From the NCBI GenBank assembly GCA_038065275.1, contig JBBTRH010000006.1:1-49340 (forward strand): a stretch of DNA of 49,340 nucleotides, read 5' to 3'. Positions 28,418 to 37,302 of the stretch are shown here, piece by piece (the stretch's first letter is position 1; the number at the start of each line of letters is the position of its first letter). This DNA is from Patescibacteria group bacterium. GTDB lineage: Bacteria > Patescibacteriota > Patescibacteriia > SBBC01 > CAIJZX01. The notes below the pieces were generated by a model. The model was not told the origin of the DNA and did no database searches. It saw only the letters and a list, made by a program, of their open reading frames with translations. A program made the translations under genes and the position numbers.

Positions 28418-30181
28418 TTACAAACTCAGTGACCGTGCCGTGATCAGTTTCTGCAGCTGCGGCAACCAAGCTTTCACGGCGACTGTTTTTACTTGCTTCT
28501 TGCCACGTACCCGGACGGCCAATTTCCGTAACGATTTCTCCTTGTCGCCGACGACGATCATGTACGGTACTTTTTGCTTTTCGGCTTGGCGGATTTTGTA
28601 GCCGACCGTTTCGTCGCTGTCGTCGAGATAGACACGCACGCCGGCTTGGTGGAGCAAGGCGAACAGCTGACGGCCGGTGGCCTGGTGTTTCTTGGCCACC
28701 GTTAGGACCTGGATCTGGACCGGCGCTAACCACAGCGGGAACGCGCCAGCGAAATGCTCAATTAGAATAGCCAGGTAGCGTTCAAGCGAACCCATAATGG
28801 CGGTGTGGATCATGATAATCCGCTCGTGGTCACCCTTTTCGTTGGTACAGACCAGGTCGAAGCGTTCGGGCATGACCATGTCGAGTTGGATGGTGGCCAC
28901 TTGCCACTCGCGGCCCAGCGAATCCTTCGCCAGAAAATCGATTTTCGGTCCGTAGAAAGCGGCTTCGCCGACGGCCTCGATAACCTTGGCCTTTTCCGCT
29001 TTGACGACTTGCCGCAGGGTGGCTTCGGCCAGGTTCCAACGTTTGACGTCGCCGAGATATTTTTCCGGGTGGGTGGGGTCGCGGAGCGATAGACGGACAT
29101 CGAGTTGGAAACCGGCCGCGCGGTAAAAAGTCTTGACGATTTTCCAAATCTTGCGGCTTTCGGACACGACGTGATCCTGGCGGCAGAAGACGTGGGCGTC
29201 GTCCTGGGTGATGGCCCGGACGCGGACCAGGCCGGACAGCTCGCCGGTCTGTTCGTCGCGGTAGACTTTGGTGGTCGAGACGTAGCGCTGGGGGAGTTCG
29301 CGGTAGGAATGTTGTTTACGGGCGTAGATTTGGGTGTGGTGCGGACAGTTCATCGGTTTCATGGCGAACAGATGGCCCTCGCGAGTTTTGATCTGGAATA
29401 ATTCGTCGTGGAACTTTTGCCAGTGCCCGCTCTTTTCATATAGGTCTTTTTTGGTCAGGTGGGGGATGTCAACGCGTTCATAGCCGGCCGCTTGTCGCAA
29501 TTCCCAAACGAAGCTGTCGAGCAGATCGCGGATAAGCGTGCCGCGCGGAGTCCACAGCGGCAGGCCCCCGCCCACGAGTTCGGAGAAAGTAAATAAATCC
29601 AGCTCCGGACCGAGGATTTTGTGATCGCGCTTTTTCGCCTCGGCTTGCTGTTGTAGTGCGGCGTCAAGCTCTTCCTTGGTGGCGAAGGCCAGACCGTAAA
29701 TTCGCTGGAGCATCGGTTTAGTGCTGTCACCCCGCCAGTAGGCACCGGCGACGTGCGTCAGGGTGAAGGCCTCGGGATTAATATCGCCGGTATTGGCCAC
29801 GTGCCCGCCGCGGCAGAGGTCGATGAACTTCCCGACGTGGTAGAAGGTCACCTTGGCTCCTTGGCTGTCCAGTTCGCGCAACATTTCTTGTTTGAACGGT
29901 TGCTTGGCGATGAAAGCGGTGACGGCCGGGTCATCGGCCGGAACCGACTCTAGCAGCAGACGTTGTTTGATTAAGTGCTTCATCCGTTTCTCCAGCGGCT
30001 TCAGGTCTTCCGGAGTCAACGGCCGGTCGAGACCGAAATCATAGTAGAAACCGTCCGCGATAGTTGGGCCGATGGCGAACGTGGCCCGGGGAAAGGCGTC
30101 TTGAACGGCATGGGCCAAGAGATGGGCCAGGGTATGACGAAGGTGGTCGAGCAAGGGGGTTGATCCCGTTAGAGAAGACAT
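28418..30181 (-). CDS. thrS: Threonine--tRNA ligase
   Basis: RHTLAHLLA, GFYYDF, DLCRGGH, KRDHK, KPMNCP, AAFYGPKID, IHTAIMGSLER. Confidence 0.97.
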   Translation of the reverse strand: MSSLTGSTPLLDHLRHTLAHLLAHAVQDAFPRATFAIGPTIADGFYYDFGLDRPLTPEDLKPLEKRMKHLIKQRLLLESVPADDPAVTAFIAKQPFKQEMLRELDSQGAKVTFYHVGKFIDLCRGGHVANTGDINPEAFTLTHVAGAYWRGDSTKPMLQRIYGLAFATKEELDAALQQQAEAKKRDHKILGPELDLFTFSELVGGGLPLWTPRGTLIRDLLDSFVWELRQAAGYERVDIPHLTKKDLYEKSGHWQKFHDELFQIKTREGHLFAMKPMNCPHHTQIYARKQHSYRELPQRYVSTTKVYRDEQTGELSGLVRVRAITQDDAHVFCRQDHVVSESRKIWKIVKTFYRAAGFQLDVRLSLRDPTHPEKYLGDVKRWNLAEATLRQVVKAEKAKVIEAVGEAAFYGPKIDFLAKDSLGREWQVATIQLDMVMPERFDLVCTNEKGDHERIIMIHTAIMGSLERYLAILIEHFAGAFPLWLAPVQIQVLTVAKKHQATGRQLFALLHQAGVRVYLDDSDETVGYKIRQAEKQKVPYMIVVGDKEKSLRKLAVRVRGKKQVKTVAVKAWLPQLQKLITARSLSL

Positions 30182-30266
30182 AGGGTCAATATATCAGTAA
30201 AGCCGGACTCATGTAAGGGAAAGACTTTTAAGCTCCGGTGTGACTGTTTCCAACGGGGGGGGTTGA

Positions 30267-30366
30267 CCCCGTTAGAGGTGAGGGTGGCTGGCAGTTGAAA
30301 ACAGGCTTATCGAGTGTGTCGGCTACACAGTGGTTAGCTCTTTTTTCGACTTCACCTCTAACGGGG
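30267..30366. repeat. 100-bp CCCCGTTAGAGG MITE-like element, TTGA on both sides
   Basis: TTGA-[ccccgttagaggtga...tcacctctaacgggg]-TTGACA. Confidence 0.85.
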
Positions 30367-30446
30367 TTGACATTTTAAACATCGGCGGGTAGGTTAGCGG
30401 CAGGGAGCGATTGGTTGTTCTTGACATGACTTACCAGGAGGAGTCC

Positions 30447-30818
30447 ATGGAGTTTCATTTCCTGCGGGTGGTGGTGATGCTATGTTCTTTGGCGGTGGTC
30501 ATCGTTCTCTGGCCGCGGCGACGGGTGTATGATCGGACCGATGTCGAGCGGGAGGTTCTGCCGCCGGGACCAAGCGCGGTCTTCCGGACTGACCGCCCAT
30601 ATCGAATCGATCGGTCGGACCCGCACCGGCAGAAACTGGAAGCGTTGTTGCGGGCGCAACTCGACGAGCACCTGCGGCATCTGCCAGCCGGCGTCGAGGC
30701 CATCCCCGACACCGTCCAGGTCGACATCTCGACCCAACGGACGGTGACGCCGGAAGGAAAAAAGACATACCACGGATCGATCAAGATCCGGCTTCGAGAA
30801 CGGCGGTCAAATGCTTGA
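30447..30818 (+). CDS. Hypothetical protein with an N-terminal TM anchor
   Basis: SD GGAGGAG then ATG 30447; promoter TTGACA-17-TAGGTT beginning at the MITE end. Confidence 0.6.
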   Translation: MEFHFLRVVVMLCSLAVVIVLWPRRRVYDRTDVEREVLPPGPSAVFRTDRPYRIDRSDPHRQKLEALLRAQLDEHLRHLPAGVEAIPDTVQVDISTQRTVTPEGKKTYHGSIKIRLRERRSNA

Positions 30819-30843
30819 CCAGCCGTTTTTTATTGGACTCTTG

Positions 30844-31959
30844 TCACTCTTGAGCCGGGGCGACGCTGATGGATATGCGTTCCGGCTGATCGGGCGCGGT
30901 CGTCCGCCACCACGGCGCCAGTTTAACGGTGGCCGATTTCACCAGCGATGATCCCAGGAGTTTCGACTTGATGTCCGCGGCGGATAAACCGGTATACGCG
31001 GCGGCCGTGAGCAGAGGATTGGTCGTTGACAGCGTGGCCAATCCCCGGCCGGCCACTTCCAGGACCACGCGGTCGCTTGATGGTCGATCCTGGACGGTCA
31101 GTGACGGCGGGGTGAGACTGGCGACGTCTTGTCCGTCGCTTAAAGTCCGGCGCAGTTCCTGCCGCAGGAGGTCGTTCAACCGGTCAGCCGGATAGGTCAC
31201 GGTCGTGACGGCGGCGGTCACGGTGACGGTATACGAAGCACTCGGCACGGCGGGTTTTGGATCGGAGACGACGGCGACCGGTTTGAGCGTCACGAAGATG
31301 CCGGGCTGGCTACCGCCGACGACGTCGCGAATTTGCTGTTCGGCCTGGTTGCTGGCCGCAGTCAGTTCATCAAGCGACAACATCGATCCGCCGCTAGCCA
31401 TCCCGCCGCTCAGTGGTTGCGCGGTCTGGCCGTAAATTTTGTCCTGGAGTCCAGGCCACAGCGCGACAATAACGAATCGGCCGGCCGGCAAATTTCCTTC
31501 ATTTCCTAGCGGATCAGCCACGACCGGCGCGTCGATTGATCCGTTGGCGGGGACGTCGACCCGGGCCGTGGTACGGACAATGACGCCATTTTCAGCTCGC
31601 AGGCGTGTCCCAACGGCCAGCGGCTGGGATTTAGCGGTGATGTTGCGGAAAGTCATGGCTCCGGTCGCGTGGGCGGGAACCGATGGGCCGGCCGGCGGCG
31701 GTTGAACCGTCACGGCCGCCGATCGTTCCGCCGTATTGACCGTGCCGACCAGCTGGTTCGAGTCGGCGGCGGAGATGGTTGGTCCAACCGCCACCGGGAA
31801 AGTGGCGGTGACGGGTTTCAGCAACGGAGTGATGCTGATGACGGTCGACGACCAGCCGGCGTAGGCGGCGCCGGCCGCGATGAGGAGGACAAGCGCGACG
31901 AAAACGATGCTCAATGGTCGGTAGACACGCTGGACATGGGCCTGCCGGAGGTCGGTCAT
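30844..31959 (-). CDS. Membrane-anchored baseplate J/gp47-like domain protein (CPR-type)
   Basis: N-terminal TM; ATGxxTFxN...QPLxxGTR...ADxxGxEGN pattern; overlaps the dnaE stop. Confidence 0.65.
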   Translation of the reverse strand: MTDLRQAHVQRVYRPLSIVFVALVLLIAAGAAYAGWSSTVISITPLLKPVTATFPVAVGPTISAADSNQLVGTVNTAERSAAVTVQPPPAGPSVPAHATGAMTFRNITAKSQPLAVGTRLRAENGVIVRTTARVDVPANGSIDAPVVADPLGNEGNLPAGRFVIVALWPGLQDKIYGQTAQPLSGGMASGGSMLSLDELTAASNQAEQQIRDVVGGSQPGIFVTLKPVAVVSDPKPAVPSASYTVTVTAAVTTVTYPADRLNDLLRQELRRTLSDGQDVASLTPPSLTVQDRPSSDRVVLEVAGRGLATLSTTNPLLTAAAYTGLSAADIKSKLLGSSLVKSATVKLAPWWRTTAPDQPERISISVAPAQE

Positions 31960-34900
31960 GGCGTTTCCACGATACAGTCACCGAGCAGATCCTGCAAGGC
32001 GCGCCGCAAATCATCGGTCATGGCTACCCGATGCTCGGTCGGCAGGAACTTTTCTTGCGATCCGCGGGTGACCAGCAGTTCCACCGGCAGGTCGCCGCCC
32101 GACCGCGCCAACAGCGACTTCAAGGCCGCGAACACGGCCGGCGAAGCGGTTTCCAGCGGCAAGCGGAGGAGCAACCGCCGCGGCGCCGGCGTCGCGTCCC
32201 GCAGTTGGACGAGATCCCATACCCGGTCGACCAGGATTTTAAATTCACCGTCGCGCGCCGAACTTTTGCCCTCGATGACGACCAGTCGCCCGTCGGTCCA
32301 GAACGGTTGCGTCTGACGGTAAATGGAAGGGAAGACCACCGCTTCGACGGTGCCGGTCTGGTCTTCAAGTTTGACGAAAGCCATGCTCTCGTTCGCCCGC
32401 GTGCTGATCCGTTTGACGTTGGTCACCAAGCCGCCGACTTTGAATGACCCGCGACCGGCGTCCCGGACGTCAGTGATCGACTTGGCGGTGCGACGGAGCC
32501 AATCGCGGTGCTCGGAGAGCGGGTGATCGCTGAGGTAGAGGCCGAGCAGTTCTTTTTCCCATTGGCCGCGTTGGGCCTTCGAGGCGGGGATCGCGGCCTT
32601 GAGTTTTAAGGCCGGCGCGTGGCGGACCGGCAGGGAGGCGAACAGGCTGGACTGGCGCTTGGTCGCTTCGTCGTCGGCGCCCTTGGCGTATTTGAGCAGG
32701 TCCTCGACGTTCTCCCGCAGGGCCTGTCGTTCGCCGAACGCATCGAGAGCCCCGACTTTAATCAAGCTCTCGAGCGATTTCTTGTTCAGGTCTTTATGCT
32801 GGACGCGGCGGAGAACGTCGTCGAGGCTGGCAAACAGACCGCCCGCCTGCCGCTCAGCCATGATCGCTGACACCAAGTGGTCGCCGACGTTCTTGACCGC
32901 GTTCAGCCCGAACCGGATGCGCTTCGGTTGGCCGGACGCATCGTCAACGACGGTGAATGAAGCCGCGCTCTCGTTGAGGTCCGGCGGTAACACCTGGAGT
33001 CCCATTCGCCGCGCGTCATCGATCTCAATGGCGATGCGGTCGGTGTTGTGCTGGTCCGACGTCAGCAACGCGGCCATAAACTCGGCCGGGTAATTGGCTT
33101 TGCAGTAGGCCGTCTGATAGGCGATCACCGCGTAACAGGCGGCATGGGAGCGGTTGAATCCGTAGCGGGCGAACGGTTCGATGAAATCGAAGATCTTCTC
33201 CGCCACATTTTTTTTGGTGCCGCTATGCACCGCCCCGACGATAAACTTGTCGCGCTGTTCTCGCAATAGCTTGGTGATTTTTTTGCCGACCGCTTTCCGC
33301 AACACGTCGGCTTCCCCGAGCGTAAAACCGGCGATATCGCGAGCCAGCTGCATGACCTGTTCTTGGTAGACCGCCACGCCGTACGTCGGCCGGAGAATCG
33401 GTTCAAGTCGCGGGTCAAGGTAGGTCGGTTTCACTTTCCCGTGCTTGCCGGCGATAAACTGAGGGATCAGCTCCATTGGACCCGGGCGGTACAGCGCCAC
33501 CATGGCGATGATGTCTTCGAGGGACGTCGGCTTCAATTCGCGGAGATAGCGGCGCATGCCCCCGGACTCCAGCTGGAAGACGCCGGTCGTTTCCCCGCGT
33601 TGCAGTAGCTGGAAGGTGGCCGGGTCGTCGTAGGCAGAGGCATCGAGGTCAAGATCAATTCCGCGCGTCTTCTTGACTAACCGAATGCAGGTTTCCAAAG
33701 TGGTCAGGTTCGACAGGCCCAGGAAGTCTATTTTCAGCAACCCCAAATCCTCGATCGGATGAAGCGAGTATTGGGTGATGATCGATTTGTCGTCCGGTCC
33801 GGCGTACTGCAAGGGCACGTAATGATCGAGCGGTTCCTTGGTGATGATCACGCCGCAAGCGTGCCGCGAAGCATGTCGGGCCACCCCCTCCAGTTTTTTA
33901 GCGCCGTCCAATAGCCGCTTCGCTTCCGGATCATTCTGGTAGATGTCCTTGAGTTCGGCCACCTCGGCCATGGCTTTATCGAGCGTGGCGAACATGGGAA
34001 TCAACTTGGCCACGCGGTCGCAGTAGGCGTAGGGAAGTCCGAGCACCCGCCCCACGTCCCGAATTGCGGCCCGGGCGGCCATGGTGCCGAATGTAATAAT
34101 TTGCGATACATGGTCTGACCCGTAACGTTGCTCGACGTAGCGTAAGACCTCGTCGCGCCGGACATCGGCGAAGTCGATGTCAAAATCGGGCATGGCGATG
34201 CGTTCGGGGTTGAGAAACCGCTCAAAGAGCAGGTCGTACTTCAGGGGGTCGACGTTGGTGATATTGAGGAGGTAAGAAGTGATCGACCCGGCGGCTGAAC
34301 CCCGACCCGGGCCGACGACGATCCCTTGATTTTTCGCCCAGTTGACGAAGTCTTGAACAATCAGGAAAAAAGAAGCGAAACCGGTCTTGGCGATGACGCT
34401 CAGTTCGTACGCTAGCCGTTCCTGAATGACGGCGGTGGCCCGACCATAGCGTCCGGCGATACCGGCTTCAGCCAAGCGGCGGAGCTCGTCCATCGGGGCG
34501 GCCCCGCTCGGCACGTCATAATGGGGGAGCTGAACACGGCCGAGCTCGATCGTGACGTTACACCGGGCGGCCAGGCTGACGGTGTTGGCTAGGGCGGCCG
34601 GGGTAGCGGCGAAAATAGCGGCCATCTCCACCGCGGATTTTAAGGACAAATCGTCAGCCGCCATCGACATCCGGTCGGGGTCACTGAGTTGTTTCTTCAA
34701 GTGAATGCACAACAAAATGTCCTGCGCTTCCGCGTCTTCCGGTCGCAGGTAGTGGCTGTCGGCGGTCGCGACTAAGGGCGCATTGGTGGCGGCGCTGAGG
34801 CTTTTTAGCGCGGCATTGACCTGTTCCTGTTGCGGCCGGGAGGGGTGGTGCTGGAGTTCGAGGTAGAAATTGTCGCGGCCGAAGATGTCCTGGTATGTTT

Positions 34901-35381
34901 GAATCAGCCGTTCCGCGCCGGCCAAGTCATCGTTGAGAATGGCGGCCGGAATTTCACCTTTCAGGCAAGCGCTGAGCGCGATCAATCCGCGCGAGTACTG
35001 ACGCAGGAGGTCGTGGTCAATGCGCGGACGGTAGTAAAATCCCTCGAGGTGGGCGATGGTCACCAACTTGATCAGGTTCTGGTACCCTTCGTTCGAAGCC
35101 GCCAACAAGACCAGGTGATAGTTTTTTTCGTCGATCTTGGCGCGTTTGTGACGGTGCCCTTCGGGCGCGACGTAGGTCTCGACGCCGATGATCGGTTTGA
35201 TGCCGGCTTTCTGGCAGGCTTGATAAAACTCAATTGCCCCGTACAGCGCGCCGTGGTCAGTCAGGGCGAGGGCCGTTGCGCCCTGGGCTTTGGCGGCCGA
35301 CACTAACTCGTCGATCTTGGGCAGACCGTCGAGCAGGGAATAGTGGCTATGGACGTGGAGATTGACGAAGTCTTTTGGCAT
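31956..35381 (-). CDS. dnaE: DNA polymerase III alpha subunit
   Basis: LHVHSHYSLLDG, TDHG, GPGRGSAAGS, FERFLNPER..MPDFDIDF, LLKIDFLGL, YGFNRSH. Confidence 0.97.
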   Translation of the reverse strand: MPKDFVNLHVHSHYSLLDGLPKIDELVSAAKAQGATALALTDHGALYGAIEFYQACQKAGIKPIIGVETYVAPEGHRHKRAKIDEKNYHLVLLAASNEGYQNLIKLVTIAHLEGFYYRPRIDHDLLRQYSRGLIALSACLKGEIPAAILNDDLAGAERLIQTYQDIFGRDNFYLELQHHPSRPQQEQVNAALKSLSAATNAPLVATADSHYLRPEDAEAQDILLCIHLKKQLSDPDRMSMAADDLSLKSAVEMAAIFAATPAALANTVSLAARCNVTIELGRVQLPHYDVPSGAAPMDELRRLAEAGIAGRYGRATAVIQERLAYELSVIAKTGFASFFLIVQDFVNWAKNQGIVVGPGRGSAAGSITSYLLNITNVDPLKYDLLFERFLNPERIAMPDFDIDFADVRRDEVLRYVEQRYGSDHVSQIITFGTMAARAAIRDVGRVLGLPYAYCDRVAKLIPMFATLDKAMAEVAELKDIYQNDPEAKRLLDGAKKLEGVARHASRHACGVIITKEPLDHYVPLQYAGPDDKSIITQYSLHPIEDLGLLKIDFLGLSNLTTLETCIRLVKKTRGIDLDLDASAYDDPATFQLLQRGETTGVFQLESGGMRRYLRELKPTSLEDIIAMVALYRPGPMELIPQFIAGKHGKVKPTYLDPRLEPILRPTYGVAVYQEQVMQLARDIAGFTLGEADVLRKAVGKKITKLLREQRDKFIVGAVHSGTKKNVAEKIFDFIEPFARYGFNRSHAACYAVIAYQTAYCKANYPAEFMAALLTSDQHNTDRIAIEIDDARRMGLQVLPPDLNESAASFTVVDDASGQPKRIRFGLNAVKNVGDHLVSAIMAERQAGGLFASLDDVLRRVQHKDLNKKSLESLIKVGALDAFGERQALRENVEDLLKYAKGADDEATKRQSSLFASLPVRHAPALKLKAAIPASKAQRGQWEKELLGLYLSDHPLSEHRDWLRRTAKSITDVRDAGRGSFKVGGLVTNVKRISTRANESMAFVKLEDQTGTVEAVVFPSIYRQTQPFWTDGRLVVIEGKSSARDGEFKILVDRVWDLVQLRDATPAPRRLLLRLPLETASPAVFAALKSLLARSGGDLPVELLVTRGSQEKFLPTEHRVAMTDDLRRALQDLLGDCIVETP

Positions 35382-35402
35382 GACGAGAGGAACCCCCGAT
35401 GG

Positions 35403-35483
35403 ATAGCTCCTTAGCTCTTTAGCTCGCTAGCTCGTTAGTTTGCTAGTCGCTAGCGAGCTAAAGAGCTAACCTAGAGCTAACTC
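35403..35483. repeat. Tandem/inverted TAGCT(C) micro-repeat tract upstream of dnaE
   Basis: tagctc repeats followed by gagcta repeats; ttagctctt ttagctcgctagc pairs with gctagcgagctaa agagctaa. Confidence 0.65.
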
Positions 35484-35518
35484 ACTACTTCAGGGGTCAG
35501 CGCACCACCGGCGGGGGA

Positions 35519-35830
35519 CTAGAGGTCGTCCTCGTCGGCTGATGCTCGTTTGCTGGACTTGGCGCGCTTCTGGCGCCGATTATTAATGAAGGACATCAGT
35601 TGCTTCAGCCCGTCGACCAGGAGCGACAGCTGGACGTGCGTCGAGGTCAGTTTTTCGCGGATGGTGTGGAGGATTTCATCGATGGTGTTCAGCCGATCGC
35701 GGAAGTCGCTGACCAGCCCCTCAATTGACTTGAAGATGCGGATAATGTACCACAATAACCAGACCCAGAAGACGGTCGCCACCACCGCGGCTACCGCCAG
35801 CGAGACGTAGAGGATGTCGCGAGTAAGCAT
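35519..35830 (-). CDS. Small TM plus coiled-coil protein (DUF948-like)
   Basis: MLTRDILYVSLAVAAV...WLLWYII then heptad repeats; TATACT 6 nt before the ATG at 35830. Confidence 0.75.
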   Translation of the reverse strand: MLTRDILYVSLAVAAVVATVFWVWLLWYIIRIFKSIEGLVSDFRDRLNTIDEILHTIREKLTSTHVQLSLLVDGLKQLMSFINNRRQKRAKSSKRASADEDDL

Positions 35831-35849
35831 GGGGAAAGTATAGCAGGGC

Positions 35850-35878
35850 TTGACTATTTGAGGAAGGTATGCTATTGT
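35850..35878 (+). promoter_or_regulatory. Promoter of the DGR target gene
   Basis: TTGACT-17 nt-(TGc)TATTGT; the leader contains a 50-nt hairpin at 35911-35960. Confidence 0.6.
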
Positions 35879-36030
35879 GGTTCGTTCTTTGATAACCTTA
35901 GCGGACAACTGGCCGTAGCGCCTAGATCGGGCTTAAAAGCCTTATTTGAGCGCTACGGCTACCACTAGCCAAAGCTCGTTCGTTCGGGACGACCTACCCG
36001 GATATGCTTTCCCAAGAGGAGGATGACGAC

Positions 36031-36636
36031 ATGGCAACGTCCATGACCCCATCCGCAATGACCGATGGCCAGATCGAGCGCGCCATCGAGATCTTCCGCG
36101 CCCAGCTTCGCAAGCACGCCAACGAGCTTCCCTCGGACGCCGTCCAGCAGGTGTTCGGCCAGCCCGAACTCGGACCCGAGTGGCTCGCGGTGCTCCGCAA
36201 GCGCGTCGACGCGATCAGCGACATGATCGTGCGCCGCGTCACCGTCAACCGCAACCGCACTCCGCAGGACATGCTCGACGCCACCGGTCGGAATCAGCAC
36301 ACCGACAAGGGCGTCGTCAAGGCCATGCCCCGTGGAACCGGTGACGAGGTCGAAGTCGTCTTCTTCAAGGTCGGTCGCTACCTCAGCGACGCCGATCTCG
36401 AGAAGGAGTACGATCTGCGCAGTCTCAAGCCCGCCGACCTGTTCTCGCTGGGGAGCGTCAACGAGGCCGATCCGGCCTTCGCCGACGATCACCCGAACGG
36501 GACGCACTGGCAGGATGCCAACGGCAAGTGGTGCTACGCGGCGTTCGGCCGGTGGGGCGGCGAGCGGGACGTGGACGTCGACCGCCGCGGCGACGACTGG
36601 GGCGGCGGCTGGTGGTTCGCCGGCGTCCGCAAGTAG
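36031..36636 (+). CDS. DGR target (variable) protein, probable C-type-lectin-like fold, no signal peptide
   Basis: C-terminus YAAFGRWGGERDVDVDRRGDDWGGGWWFAGVRK is the VR; SD GAGGAGG before the ATG at 36031. Confidence 0.88.
   Translation: MATSMTPSAMTDGQIERAIEIFRAQLRKHANELPSDAVQQVFGQPELGPEWLAVLRKRVDAISDMIVRRVTVNRNRTPQDMLDATGRNQHTDKGVVKAMPRGTGDEVEVVFFKVGRYLSDADLEKEYDLRSLKPADLFSLGSVNEADPAFADDHPNGTHWQDANGKWCYAAFGRWGGERDVDVDRRGDDWGGGWWFAGVRK
36535..36632 (+). repeat. DGR variable repeat (VR)
   Basis: 98-nt ungapped match to 37071-37168 with 19 mismatches, all opposite TR adenines. Confidence 0.95.
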
Positions 36637-36660
36637 TCTGACCTTTTTCCCTTGGGCGCT

Positions 36661-36737
36661 GTGAGCTTGATCGCTCACTTTGTCCCTTGGTCGACGCTCC
36701 GCGAGAGCTTGTCTCACGCGGAGCGTTTTCTTTTTTT
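36661..36737 (+). terminator. Post-VR hairpin (GTGAGC-ttgatc-GCTCAC) plus GC-rich terminator
   Basis: 6-bp stem at 36661-36678; acgctccgcg/cgcggagcgt stem at 36694-36726 followed by T-rich sequence. Confidence 0.7.
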
Positions 36738-36762
36738 ACAAGCTTTTTGCTATACTCCTTTG

Positions 36763-37205
36763 TGGATAGTAGACGATTCAGCTCGCGGTCAAGGCTTCGA
36801 GCGGTCGAATTCTAGGGCGATGGTGTTGTCGGAATATTCGTGATCAAGGTCACGAATAGTGTACATGCCACGCCGCTTAAGCAAGTGAAGATACTTGGTG
36901 CAACGTACTGGAGGAGAACCTGAGTCTAACGACTGGGCAAGTGCTCCCGAATAAAATACAGCCCGGAGAGTCCCGACATTCCGCCCGGCGGAAGTCGGGA
37001 TCCCGACCATCATCTTGGATGAGGCATCGGGATATTCAATGGGCAGTGGTACGGATGGTGCGCTGTACATAACGCGACGTTCAACCGGTGGAACGACGAG
37101 CGGAACGTGAACGTCAACCGCAACGACAACGACTGGAACGACAACTGGTGGTTCGCCGGCGTCCGCAATTCTCTTCACGCTCTCCCCTGGATTATTCCGG
37201 GGGAG
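36763..37205 (+). ncRNA. Putative DGR template RNA (structured 5' leader, TR, 3' hairpin)
   Basis: TGcTATACT at 36748-36756; no credible ORF; hairpins tattcgtga/tcacgaata and 36971-37032; ctcccctgga-ttat-tccgggggag at 37182-37205; boundaries inferred. Confidence 0.6.
37071..37168 (+). repeat. DGR template repeat (TR)
   Basis: Ten AAC codons in the VR frame; invariant 3' ctggtggttcgccggcgtccgcaa shared with the VR. Confidence 0.95.
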
Positions 37206-37302
37206 TTTAGTTTCTGGTACGATTCTGTCGGTACGAGAAATGAGATTTGCCAAATATCTGGTAATCGGTTACAGTGTTTTCGGTGGCAAAAGATGAGCCA
37301 CC

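Noticed and set aside
30844-31959. Prophage suggested by the baseplate-J-like protein
   Set aside because: No other phage genes; it is a membrane-anchored gene coupled to dnaE, as commonly seen in CPR.
36243-36256. cgtcaaccgcaac inside the target gene matching the TR
   Set aside because: Only about 13 nt with no flanking alignment; not a second VR.
35965-36717. 250-aa minus-strand ORF over the DGR target
   Set aside because: Antisense shadow of a GC3-rich gene; the plus strand has the SD, promoter and VR.
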